Positions 9,222-18,847 of a stretch of DNA of 35,705 bases are shown piece by piece; within the stretch, counting starts at the first letter, position 1, and each line of letters begins with the position of its first letter. A program made the position numbers and the translations under genes. Source of the DNA: Candidatus Hodarchaeota archaeon (GTDB lineage: Archaea > Asgardarchaeota > Heimdallarchaeia > Hodarchaeales > Hodarchaeaceae). The DNA is taken from contig JAEOTQ010000140.1 in assembly GCA_016839785.1 (NCBI GenBank), positions 1 through 35,705 of the forward strand, given 5' to 3'. A model generated the notes under the pieces. The model made no database searches. It had not been told where the DNA came from and saw only the letters and a program-made list of their open reading frames with translations.

Positions 9222-10430
9222 TTAAGTCAATAAGGAGTTCTGTTCTATTTTCTCCTTGAAGAACAGAAGACCAGCCATAATACCCAGAAATGAAATTATA
9301 CCCGCAAGGAGGAAGTTATATCTAATAATTCCTGTATAATCTGCTATATATGCGCTAATTAATGTTCCTAATGCTTGACCACCAAAAGTAAAGGCCGAAT
9401 ATAATCCCATAGCTAATCCTCTCATCTCTGTGAATGTGTTCTCAGATATGACAACTGGTGCAACAACAAAAAATGTACTATAGGCTGGAATACAATATAA
9501 GGCTATTACAATGAAAGGATTATTGGCAAAGACAAAAGTAAGAGTAGGTAATACAAAATAAATCGTTAAACCAATTAGGATAACGCATTTTTTAGGAAAA
9601 CCTGCAGTTAATAGTTTCCCTACAATGACAGACACGCCCATCCCGATTATTGTAGCAATTGAATTTGCTACTGCAGCCAGGTTTACTGGTTGATTAAGCT
9701 CGGAATCAATAAAAATCGTGAAAAAACTGGAATAAAGAGCGACGGATGTTTGTGTGATAAGAACTAACAGTAGAAGGATTCCGATAGGCTTCAAGCTTTC
9801 AATAGAAGATATAGAACTTACATTTATTTTCTTTAGTATAGATTCATTTGAACTATTCTTTGCTGATATTTTTTTTTCGGAATCTAGTAAGAATACACCA
9901 CAAAGAGCAATAATCGAAAATATGGCAGCTGTTAAAAACAGAGGTTGAAAATCTTGACTTTCACTATTTAATAATAACGATGCGAGCACGCTACCTAAGA
10001 AAAAACCAAGACTTGCCCACATTGTAAGCCTACCAAAAACATTACCTTGCTTAGATTGGTTTGATGATTCAGTGGTGACTGATATGTATCGGTTATAAGC
10101 TGGACTAAAGGCGGATATTAATACATTGAATCCAATATAAGCAAGAAAAAAAACCCAAGGGGTAGAGATGTTATAGTATACAATGAACGATGTCGCCTGC
10201 ATGAAAAGGGCAAAAGATATCAGGTTTTTTGAACCGATAATATCACTTAGACGACCGAAAAAGGCTGTAGAAAATATAAAAGCGATATAAGGAATGCTAA
10301 TAATAAAACCTGCCCCTAAAAAATCTCCTCCAGATATATTATAAAAATACCAGCTGATAAACGGGGTACTAAGAGCAACAGGGAAATGATAGAGAAGATA
10401 CACAATTTCAGACTTATTAATGAGACCCAT
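9222..10430 (-). CDS. MFS transporter
   Basis: About 12 hydrophobic segments; motif A FGRLSDIIGSK; RGLAMGLYS. Confidence 0.88.
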   Translation of the reverse strand: MGLINKSEIVYLLYHFPVALSTPFISWYFYNISGGDFLGAGFIISIPYIAFIFSTAFFGRLSDIIGSKNLISFALFMQATSFIVYYNISTPWVFFLAYIGFNVLISAFSPAYNRYISVTTESSNQSKQGNVFGRLTMWASLGFFLGSVLASLLLNSESQDFQPLFLTAAIFSIIALCGVFLLDSEKKISAKNSSNESILKKINVSSISSIESLKPIGILLLLVLITQTSVALYSSFFTIFIDSELNQPVNLAAVANSIATIIGMGVSVIVGKLLTAGFPKKCVILIGLTIYFVLPTLTFVFANNPFIVIALYCIPAYSTFFVVAPVVISENTFTEMRGLAMGLYSAFTFGGQALGTLISAYIADYTGIIRYNFLLAGIISFLGIMAGLLFFKEKIEQNSLLT

Positions 10431-10636
10431 TCTAGAAAAACCAAGCTATTTTGCTAATTAACACTCTGTAGAAGGAGGAAAAATGAAAGTTTTTATGTCC
10501 GCTTATTTATTGTCCATATCATCATCCCCAATAGTAATAATACTCCCCTCTACTCTCCTAGTTCCCCATTCAGATAGCTTATAAAGAAGATTTCAAGTAC
10601 GTAAATCGAAGCCTTTGAGAAAGAAGTTGTAAAATC

Positions 10637-10966
10637 ATGGTTTATTGTGAAACTTGTGGAAATGAAAATACTGAGAATGCCAAATTTTGCAAGAGTTGTG
10701 GTGCTAAAATGGGTGCAACTGCTACTGGAACCCAACCAGCTCAATATTCAAGTCCTGTACAATCTATAGGTTTTGGAGAGCGACGTACTGGCGAAAATCT
10801 TGTTTTAAGATGCACTCTATGCGGTGGCCAGGATTTTGCTAAGGATAAAGGGAGATTAGATTCTAAGTGGGGTTTTACAAGCTTTAAAGTTGTAATGATG
10901 AGCTGTCGACACTGTGGACATATAGAGCTCTTCAATCGAGGTAGAAGCATTTTCGATTTTGATTAA
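10637..10966 (+). CDS. Double zinc-ribbon protein
   Basis: N-terminal CETC...CKSC and C-terminal CTLC...CRHCGHIELF. Confidence 0.8.
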   Translation: MVYCETCGNENTENAKFCKSCGAKMGATATGTQPAQYSSPVQSIGFGERRTGENLVLRCTLCGGQDFAKDKGRLDSKWGFTSFKVVMMSCRHCGHIELFNRGRSIFDFD

Positions 10967-11133
10967 GGTAATTACTCCATCTTTTTTCGTGAGTAATTCT
11001 CTTTTTCTACTTATTCTGAACGACAAAGAGTATAAGATCTAGTTAATTTTCTTTTTTCCTGAAGCCTATGTTCGAAGTGAAATTCTTAGGACGAGGTGGA
11101 TATGGCTGTGTTTCCTCGGCACGAAGTTAAGGA

Positions 11134-12099
11134 TTATTTCCAAGTTTTACGAAAAATTCTATCAAAGTTACCTCCCATGATTTTTTCAATTTCCTTTTTG
11201 CTAAATCCTTCTTTTTCTAGTAATGGAACTAAATCTTTCATTTTCCTTGCATCCTCTAATCCTAGTGGAGTTGTTCCAATGCCGTCAAAATCAGAGCCAA
11301 GGCCAACATGTTCTGTACCGATTAGATCTGTTATATATTTGATATGCTTGATTACATCATCTATCGAAACTTTTTCAGGAGTTGTCGATAGAAATTTCGG
11401 ATAAAAATTCACTCCAACAACTCCATCTGCTGAAGCAATCATTTCTAATTGGTCATCAGTCAAATTTCTAGATACTGGACATATAGAGTGGGCATTAGAG
11501 TGAGAATCAATGAAAGGGCCTTCTGCATATTGCATGACATCCATATATCCCTCGTAATTTAAATGGGCTACATCAATTAACATCCCTAGCTTATCCATCT
11601 CCTCTAATAGTTGAATCCCATCTTTAGATAATCCCCTACCAGTTTTTTTCTCCGTAAAGCTGACTCCTTCTCCGAATAAGTTCTGTCTACTCCAAGTAAT
11701 CCCTATGTTCCTTACACCCAATTCATAGATTGACGGTAATATTTTTAGGTTCCTTTCTAGAGCTATAGCTCCTTCTATACTTAGAACCATTCCCGTAGTG
11801 AATTCTTTATTCTGAGAAACGTAATCAAGATCATTAGCTGATTTAACTAACGTGAAATTTTCATCTAAGGCCTTTTCTTTCGCTATTTGGATCATCTCAA
11901 GGGTAACTTCTAGTCCAATTTTTTCAAGCTTTGGAGGTACAAACATCGCAAAAACCTGAACATTGACCTTACCTTCTTCTAGAAACGCTTTTGTTATGTG
12001 CATTGGATCTTTCTCTTGCGATGAAAATCTCATAAGTGATCCGAAGTATAACTTCAATAGTGTATCTGCATGTGCATCAATTACTAAATTTTCTGTCAT
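11134..12099 (-). CDS. Membrane dipeptidase family (peptidase M19)
   Basis: DAHAD, LSIEG, IDVAH, DSHSN, SRNLTD, GLGSDFDG, MGGNF. Confidence 0.92.
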   Translation of the reverse strand: MTENLVIDAHADTLLKLYFGSLMRFSSQEKDPMHITKAFLEEGKVNVQVFAMFVPPKLEKIGLEVTLEMIQIAKEKALDENFTLVKSANDLDYVSQNKEFTTGMVLSIEGAIALERNLKILPSIYELGVRNIGITWSRQNLFGEGVSFTEKKTGRGLSKDGIQLLEEMDKLGMLIDVAHLNYEGYMDVMQYAEGPFIDSHSNAHSICPVSRNLTDDQLEMIASADGVVGVNFYPKFLSTTPEKVSIDDVIKHIKYITDLIGTEHVGLGSDFDGIGTTPLGLEDARKMKDLVPLLEKEGFSKKEIEKIMGGNFDRIFRKTWK

Positions 12100-12103
12100 A
12101 TTT

Positions 12104-12889
12104 TCACTTCAAAAAATCATCTAACTGTTTTGTCTTAATAATATTCGAAGGACGCTTTACTGTAGGAAAAATCTCTTGCCAGGGTATACTTTGTGAATCC
12201 AGATTATGGGTTTTTAGATAGGTGAAAACTCTTTTTGGAATATGATTGGCTACAAGTAGACCACGAACAGATTCCCCTTTGTTCTGAAAGAATTCAATAT
12301 ATCGATGCAATTGATAGGCATCTGTTAGTGTAGCGGCTTGTTTCTTCACTTCAATAACGATATAATTTCCATCGGAATCTTGTGCAAATAAATCAATAAA
12401 CCCAAAGGCGATTTCCTTTTCACGCTCAATAATCTTGAGATTAGGTTCGATGAGGTCAGGATGAAGGACTAATTGATCAACGAAGTCCTTCTCATCACCA
12501 AAGGTCTGACCTCCTTTGGGTAATTTTTCCCTAATATGGAAGAAAGCTGCAAACGCAATATCGTAGAAAGTTATAAAGAATGATTCATCAGTTTTTGGTC
12601 GATAAGATTCCATAACAAGAATATTTTTTTCTACGTTGTGTTTGAAAACAATCTTTCCCGCTTTAGCTTTTTGCCACTGAACAGGACGTGTTCCAGTAAC
12701 ATTATGTAACAGAATACTCCCATCTTTCTTGATCATAAGAACACGTTCGCCTTTTTCGAGGGTGGACTTAATACGACCATCAAAAATAGAGTCACAAAAA
12801 CCCACTAGAAGAATAGTATCTTTGTCAATATGAGAAGGGAGGATCTCAACAAGCTTGGATAAATCATTTGGAAGTATATCCAATATCAA
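12104..12889 (-). CDS. nucS: Mismatch-specific endonuclease NucS/EndoMS
   Basis: RVLMIKKDGSILLH, PVQWQ, RE...GFIDL...VIEVK, QLHRY; C-terminal PIP-like TKQLDDFL. Confidence 0.9.
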   Translation of the reverse strand: MILDILPNDLSKLVEILPSHIDKDTILLVGFCDSIFDGRIKSTLEKGERVLMIKKDGSILLHNVTGTRPVQWQKAKAGKIVFKHNVEKNILVMESYRPKTDESFFITFYDIAFAAFFHIREKLPKGGQTFGDEKDFVDQLVLHPDLIEPNLKIIEREKEIAFGFIDLFAQDSDGNYIVIEVKKQAATLTDAYQLHRYIEFFQNKGESVRGLLVANHIPKRVFTYLKTHNLDSQSIPWQEIFPTVKRPSNIIKTKQLDDFLK

Positions 12890-12925
12890 CCCTCGGATAA
12901 TAAATTATCTGAAATTATACCTCTT

Positions 12926-13384
12926 TTACTCTAATTCTGTAAGTGCAGCATCAAGTAGACCTTTGGAGATATTCTGTTCAACCGAACGAGCAGTCTTCAA
13001 TAAATTGATCTGATCGCTGATTTCTACAGAATATTTTTTAATTGACCTCTTAATTGACTGAATATTCGCATTAGGGGAAATTACGCCAACTAAAATACAT
13101 TCCTCGCTTATTGATTGAAGAATAAGTTTACCTTCGCTAAATTCGGAAAAAACGAATCCTAGAGGGCCTAATTGTACTTCATTTCCTTGCTGTCGCATTC
13201 CGATAAATAGTGCCATAGATAACGCGCCGATTCCTTCCAATTCCAGCTTTGACGATGAACGTGTAACATTAGCTAAGGTGAGACCAGTATAGTCGGTAAG
13301 CATAGCGTGTTGAAGTCCAGGAGTATTTTTAAGAATTTTAACGAGAATATTGTGAATACTAAGTGAAATATCCATGTGTTTCAC
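12926..13384 (-). CDS. Roadblock/LC7 (MglB-like) domain protein
   Basis: LKNTPGLQHAMLTDYTGLTLA, IGALSMAL, LGPLGFVFSEFSEGKLIL: roadblock alpha/beta pattern. Confidence 0.85.
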   Translation of the reverse strand: MKHMDISLSIHNILVKILKNTPGLQHAMLTDYTGLTLANVTRSSSKLELEGIGALSMALFIGMRQQGNEVQLGPLGFVFSEFSEGKLILQSISEECILVGVISPNANIQSIKRSIKKYSVEISDQINLLKTARSVEQNISKGLLDAALTELE

Positions 13385-13646
13385 CTGATATGATCTTTAG
13401 AAATTGAGAAGGATCGTAAGATAGTCAAAATGGTTTATACTAGCAGATTTTACAAATTTTCTTATTAATGATTTGCAGTCCTGTACGAAACTACCAATTC
13501 TTCACCATCATCGAAGTGATAGGGAATAGCACTAAGGAAAAAATCCCAAAATTCAATGTTATCGACAAAAGATTTTTTAATGAAATCTCCTCCCACACTC
13601 AAATTAAACTTGAATTTAATATTAGAATTGTTAAATGTGATGATAA

Positions 13647-14993
13647 ATGACAGAGACAGTTGATACAAACAAAATCCCTGTATTAATAGCAGGAGTAATT
13701 GGATGGGCTCATGATGGATTTGCTTTAGTCTTGGTATCTTTACTAGCAACGACAATTGCAGAAGAATTTGCCGTTTCTAAAGTTGAACTTGGTTTTGTCT
13801 TTTCTGCCCAGTACATTATGACGGTGTTTGGGGCTGCATTTTTCGGCTTAATGGCTGATAAATTTGGAAGGAAACAAGTTCTATTGTTATCGGTCTTGTG
13901 GGACTCTGTATTCACTGCTTTGTCTGCTTTTGCTCCAACATTTTTCATTTTTGCTATCTTACGCTTAATATCTGGACTAGGCGTGTCATGGGGTATTTCT
14001 TTTTCACTTCTTTCAGAAACTTTCTCTTCCGATAAAAGAGGAAAAGCAGGAGGGTTAGTCCACGCCACCTTTGTGGTAGGTTACATTGCAGCAGTCATTG
14101 TTACACTCATTTTTGGCGATATCGCTCCAGTTGTCATCGGTCCACTCGTTCTTGAAGGATGGAGAATTTGCTTCTTATCAGCACTATTCCCAATTCCATT
14201 TTTAATATACTTAGAGTATAAATTGGACGAATCAGAAGTATGGGCCAAACAAAAAGAGTCTTTTGAGCGAGATTCTAGCGAAATTAAGATCGTTGAAGAG
14301 AAAAAAGAGACAACGGGAATATCAGATATATTCCGAAGTCAATGGGTTAAATTCATGATACTCTTAACAGTCCTCTTCTGGTTGTCAGAATTTGCCTATC
14401 ACGCATTAGCTGATTGGGCACCTACATATTTCGAATATCTGTTCATTTATGAATTACAACAGAGCGGAGGAAATGTTGATTCAGCTCAAACCCTCGCGAG
14501 GGTGTTAATGCTAGGAATAATGGTTGTTGCTGGAGTAGCTCTCTTCTTGACTGGATGGGTAAGTGACTATATAGGTCGAAAAAAGGCTTTTTGGTATAGT
14601 TGTGTGATAGGTTTAGTAGGTGTAAGTCTTTTTGCTACTTTCAATTTTGTTACCTATATTTTCCCAGTCGTAATAGTTGGATGTCTAATATTAACCTTTT
14701 CATTTGGTATGCACGGAGTATTTGGTATTTGGAGTAGCGAAGTATTTCCTACAAGATTTCGAGCAACTGCAACCTCATTTATTTTTTCTGTAGCACGAGC
14801 GTTGGCCCTTGGGGCGTTCATAATTGGTATAATCACAACTGCACTAGAACCTGATGTACCATTACTATCCGATCCTCTTGGTTATGCACAGGCATTAGCA
14901 GTAGGGATGACTTTGTGTGTTTTCGCCTATATTGCCATGTTTTTCGTTTTACGTCTTATTCCTGAAACAAAAGGTAAGGATATCTCATTTTAA
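13647..14993 (+). CDS. MFS transporter (sugar/aromatic acid/metabolite symporter-like)
   Basis: GLMADKFGRK, GWVSDYIGRK, SEVFPTRFRAT, C-terminal PETKG. Confidence 0.9.
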   Translation: MTETVDTNKIPVLIAGVIGWAHDGFALVLVSLLATTIAEEFAVSKVELGFVFSAQYIMTVFGAAFFGLMADKFGRKQVLLLSVLWDSVFTALSAFAPTFFIFAILRLISGLGVSWGISFSLLSETFSSDKRGKAGGLVHATFVVGYIAAVIVTLIFGDIAPVVIGPLVLEGWRICFLSALFPIPFLIYLEYKLDESEVWAKQKESFERDSSEIKIVEEKKETTGISDIFRSQWVKFMILLTVLFWLSEFAYHALADWAPTYFEYLFIYELQQSGGNVDSAQTLARVLMLGIMVVAGVALFLTGWVSDYIGRKKAFWYSCVIGLVGVSLFATFNFVTYIFPVVIVGCLILTFSFGMHGVFGIWSSEVFPTRFRATATSFIFSVARALALGAFIIGIITTALEPDVPLLSDPLGYAQALAVGMTLCVFAYIAMFFVLRLIPETKGKDISF

Positions 14994-15006
14994 AGATATT
15001 ACCAAT

Positions 15007-15028
15007 GGGAGAATCGTGTGGTTCTCCC
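15007..15028. terminator. Hairpin between convergent genes, probable terminator
   Basis: GGGAGAATC-gtgt-GGTTCTCCC followed by a T-rich tract, between stops at 14993 (+) and 15049 (-). Confidence 0.55.
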
Positions 15029-15048
15029 TCTCCACTTTTATTCTTCTT

Positions 15049-16017
15049 TTAATCATATTGCTGCATCATCATCAGTAATTGAAATGTAGCAGCTTCTTTT
15101 TCTTTCATTGATTCAGTCATATCCTTACTAGAATAGTCATGGAAACCAGCTCCGCTTTTAACACCCAGTGTACCCTTAGCAATCATATCTTTCAAAAATT
15201 CAGGAGGTTTTGTGGATCGGTCTAATGATGGATATAGATAAGAGAGAACATTGTTTATCGTATCCAATCCCATCAAATCTACCATCTCAAATACTTTCAT
15301 TACAGGTAGGCGTAGTCCTAATCCGTATCTTACAGTTGTTTCTAAATCATCAACTTCCATGATGTCGTTATCCACTAAATACATCAGTTCTCTGAATACT
15401 GCGGCTTGTAATCGATTATGAACATATCCAGGAACATCTTTCTTTACCAACACTGGACGTTTATTAACACTTGATAGCAAGTCAGTCATTACTGATACAG
15501 TATCATCAGAGGTCTTTTCACCTTTAACTATCTCGACTAATGGCATGAGAAGTGGAGGATTCATGAAATGTGTACCAATACATCGTTCAGGATTGCGAGT
15601 GACGTTGGCAATTTGCGTTATACTTAATCCAGAAGAATTTGTTGCTAGGATGGTATCGGGAGAAACAATATCCTCAATTTTTTTGAAGAAGTTTTGCTTG
15701 AGTTCAATCTTTTCAGGAATTACTTCAATAATTAGTTGCGAATCCTTAAGAGACTCTAATTCAGTAACATAATGGATTCGGTCTCTAGCACGTTGTAAAT
15801 CGTCATTGCTAAATATTCCGACACTTTCTACCTTCACGAAATCCTGTTCCATACGTTTTTTTGCGTTTTCAATTGCTTGGTCTGAAATATCAAACAAATT
15901 AATGTGAAAATCGAATGAGGATCCAAAAATTGCTAAAACTTCTGCTATTCCTGGTCCCATAACTCCCGCGCCTATGATTCCAATATTCTTAATTGATTCT
16001 AAGTTCATCATGATCAC
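15049..16017 (-). CDS. 3-hydroxyacyl-CoA dehydrogenase family protein
   Basis: GIIGAGVMG, EVIPE...K, TNSS, GTHFMNP...LVE, PGYVHNRL, LGVKSGAGF. Real start is probably the ATG after GGTGA. Confidence 0.92.
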   Translation of the reverse strand: MIMMNLESIKNIGIIGAGVMGPGIAEVLAIFGSSFDFHINLFDISDQAIENAKKRMEQDFVKVESVGIFSNDDLQRARDRIHYVTELESLKDSQLIIEVIPEKIELKQNFFKKIEDIVSPDTILATNSSGLSITQIANVTRNPERCIGTHFMNPPLLMPLVEIVKGEKTSDDTVSVMTDLLSSVNKRPVLVKKDVPGYVHNRLQAAVFRELMYLVDNDIMEVDDLETTVRYGLGLRLPVMKVFEMVDLMGLDTINNVLSYLYPSLDRSTKPPEFLKDMIAKGTLGVKSGAGFHDYSSKDMTESMKEKEAATFQLLMMMQQYD

Positions 16018-16038
16018 CGAGGTGAATTCAAACTTGAT

Positions 16039-16998
16039 CTATATTTTATATTCATCATTTGTACGAACTTCTGCAATAAAGTCTTTAACCATTTCTTCTG
16101 GAGTATACGACGGAGTATAGCCAAGGTCGTCCAAAATTGCATTACTTTCTCCTTTCATCATTGACCAACTGCGAAGCATAAAGGTCAATTCATCATCAGG
16201 GTCATACTCGATAAGAGCATCTGGTATTTCTTGCCTTACGAAAGATGCTAGTTCTTTTGCTTCTACCCATACTCCATCGATATTGTATGTGTGCTCAGGA
16301 ATATCTTCGTGGTTGTGGAGACCTACTAAGAACTTAATCGAATCTTTAATATAAATTAGAGGAACGGCAATATCTTCCTCGACATTGCATATTGCCTTTT
16401 CTCCCTGAGCGGGATATTGGATGATATTATTTGCAAAGATTGTCATCCCTTTTCCCGTCCTACCTGGGCCAATAAGTGCTGGGAAACGGATTGATGTAAA
16501 TTTCACTCCCTTTCTACGATGATAAAACGAACCTAATACTTCTGAACATACCTTTCCTACGCCATACATTGTCCATGGGTCGCGATATGAATGTTCTGTG
16601 ACTGGTAGTTCTACTTCTGGACCATAAATAGCTCCAGAGCTAGAATAAATGACTTGTGGGATATTAAACAGACGTGCGCATTCTAAGATGTTAAAAGTTC
16701 CTTGAATGTTAACATTGAAGGCATTAGTCAATTCAGATTCAGTCAATGGAGGCATTAAACTGCCAAAATGATAAATTGTTGCTATTTCATCAAATTTTTC
16801 AAATTGAGAGTTAACTTCAGCCCAATTTGAGACATCCCCCTTGATAATAATCACTCGGGGGTTATCTTTGATAGATGCGATTCTCTTCTCATTAATGATA
16901 AAATCATAGAGAATTACTTCTTCGGATGTTGAGTTAATTAATTCTTTCGCTAGAAATGAACCAATAAATCCAGTACCGCCAGTAACCATTATTACCAT
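16039..16998 (-). CDS. Extended SDR / NAD-dependent epimerase-dehydratase, L-threonine dehydrogenase-like
   Basis: VTGGTGFIG, SSGAIYG, YGVGK (YxxxK), SIRFP. Confidence 0.85.
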   Translation of the reverse strand: MVIMVTGGTGFIGSFLAKELINSTSEEVILYDFIINEKRIASIKDNPRVIIIKGDVSNWAEVNSQFEKFDEIATIYHFGSLMPPLTESELTNAFNVNIQGTFNILECARLFNIPQVIYSSSGAIYGPEVELPVTEHSYRDPWTMYGVGKVCSEVLGSFYHRRKGVKFTSIRFPALIGPGRTGKGMTIFANNIIQYPAQGEKAICNVEEDIAVPLIYIKDSIKFLVGLHNHEDIPEHTYNIDGVWVEAKELASFVRQEIPDALIEYDPDDELTFMLRSWSMMKGESNAILDDLGYTPSYTPEEMVKDFIAEVRTNDEYKI

Positions 16999-17016
16999 TT
17001 AGGTTTCTCCAAGAAA

Positions 17017-18771
17017 TCATTCCCAAAATGAGGGGTCGGCTTTTGCCGCCGCACTTTGATTTAAAATATTCGTAACTGACCCATCAACTCTTACATCGAC
17101 AACTGTTACCGTTCCACTATTTATCGCGCGTTTGATGGCAGATGGAACATCTTCTGGACGGGTAACTAATTCCCCTTGCCCTCCTAAGCTTTCTGCAAAC
17201 TTAACATAATCGATATGGTTCTTTTCGTCCAATGTTGTTCCAATACGTTCTCCCCAGGAAAGGTCTTGGTTATGTGCTATCATTCCCCACAATGAATCAT
17301 TTTCAATAATAATTGTAAGAGGTAGATCGTACCTTATCGCTGTATCAATCTCTGCTCCATTAAAAAGAAAAGATCCATCACCAGACAGAATCATGATATT
17401 TTTCTCAGGTTCAGCCAGTTTTGCAGCTATACCCATTGGTAAACCTGCGCCTAAATGTCCTGTTGGACCGTGTGACCCAATAATTTGACCTGGATACAAA
17501 GCTTTCAGAATTAAGTTAGCCCATACCGTCGTGTCACCCCCGTCCAAGAATAACCGTGTATCATTATCGAGAAATTCTTGAATATCCTTGGTAAGTTTTT
17601 GTGGTTTAATCGGTATCTCATCCGAGTCTACAGGCCCACTTATCATCTCTTCCAATTGGTTTCGATCGCCTTTGATTATCTTTGCCCATTCATTATGCAA
17701 TTTTACCTTTGGTTTTAGTATTTTCACAGCATTAAGTAGTTCCCCTAAGAATGGTTTAATCGAGCAGGCAATTCCTAATTCTAACGGTCTATTTTTCCCT
17801 ACTTCGGTGGCTTCGGGATCTACATGCACAAATTTAACATCTTCAGAATAAAAAGCAGGATTTGTTCCATACCCTTGATATTCACCAAAAATTACTCCAA
17901 GAGCAAGAATGAAGTCAGCTTGGTTGAGTAATATATTTTGTATTGCACTTCCAATGGCTAAAGGATGAAGTTCTGGAAGTGAACCCTTTCCTAAATCGTC
18001 ATATGCAACAGGAATTGATAAATATTCTGCTAAAGCTACAAGATTGTTTGATGCTCGTCCCCAATATACTCCACTTCCCGCAATTATAACTGGATTTTTT
18101 GCTTTTAATAAATGATCTGCAACCTGCTTTACAAGTAATGGATCAGGGTATCTATACCCCTTAGGTCGATATTGTTTTGGTTGCAGTCCAAAAAATGGTC
18201 TCGCAGCTTCAACATCCGATTCAAGCGTAAGAATATCAACAGGAATATCAAGTAAAACTGGACCCATATTTTCAGCTGTACATATTCTAAACGCTTCCTG
18301 CATATATTCAGGGATGCGGTGAGTATTGTACACCATACGTGCATATTTTGTTGTTGGAATAGCTAATGGTAAATGATCCACTTCTTGAGCTGCATGTTTA
18401 TTTAGATCTCTGAGAGCGGTATGACCTGTGATTGCAAACACTGGACTATGAGCATAATAAGCACTAATTAAAGCAGGAAGAACATTAGAAAAACCTGGAC
18501 CAGCAGTTACCAGGCAGACTCCGGGAGTTCTCGTAGTTTTAGCCCAGCCTTCTGCTGCATTTCCCGCTGCTTGTTCATGCCTAGTTGTAATAATTGGCAC
18601 TCCCTCTTCTATCAATCCTTTGTAAATAGGGTTGATATGTCCTCCTGATAATGTGAAGACATATTTTACATCCTCAAGCTTTAGACTTTTTGCTACGAAT
18701 GAGCCACCTGATATTCTTTCTGTCAAGATCTTACACCGAAAAAATTCCTTCCTGTTGAAATCTGCTTTCAT
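17017..18771 (-). CDS. Thiamine diphosphate enzyme, acetolactate synthase-like / 2-hydroxyacyl-CoA lyase-like
   Basis: SGGHINPI, RHEQAA, TAGPG, GDGSF...N TPP motif, WGMI; no ALS small subunit nearby. Start may be TTG 18726. Confidence 0.88.
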   Translation of the reverse strand: MKADFNRKEFFRCKILTERISGGSFVAKSLKLEDVKYVFTLSGGHINPIYKGLIEEGVPIITTRHEQAAGNAAEGWAKTTRTPGVCLVTAGPGFSNVLPALISAYYAHSPVFAITGHTALRDLNKHAAQEVDHLPLAIPTTKYARMVYNTHRIPEYMQEAFRICTAENMGPVLLDIPVDILTLESDVEAARPFFGLQPKQYRPKGYRYPDPLLVKQVADHLLKAKNPVIIAGSGVYWGRASNNLVALAEYLSIPVAYDDLGKGSLPELHPLAIGSAIQNILLNQADFILALGVIFGEYQGYGTNPAFYSEDVKFVHVDPEATEVGKNRPLELGIACSIKPFLGELLNAVKILKPKVKLHNEWAKIIKGDRNQLEEMISGPVDSDEIPIKPQKLTKDIQEFLDNDTRLFLDGGDTTVWANLILKALYPGQIIGSHGPTGHLGAGLPMGIAAKLAEPEKNIMILSGDGSFLFNGAEIDTAIRYDLPLTIIIENDSLWGMIAHNQDLSWGERIGTTLDEKNHIDYVKFAESLGGQGELVTRPEDVPSAIKRAINSGTVTVVDVRVDGSVTNILNQSAAAKADPSFWE

Positions 18772-18847
18772 TCAAACAGAGGGAGTACTGCCTTATTTTT
18801 GGGTGAGATTTTTATTGATTTCGTAACAATTCAATTCTGGGATTAGC

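Noticed and set aside
11091-11117. CGAGG...CCTCG hairpin downstream of the dipeptidase
   Set aside because: Only 5 Watson-Crick pairs plus many G-T pairs, and it folds poorly on the transcribed (-) strand.
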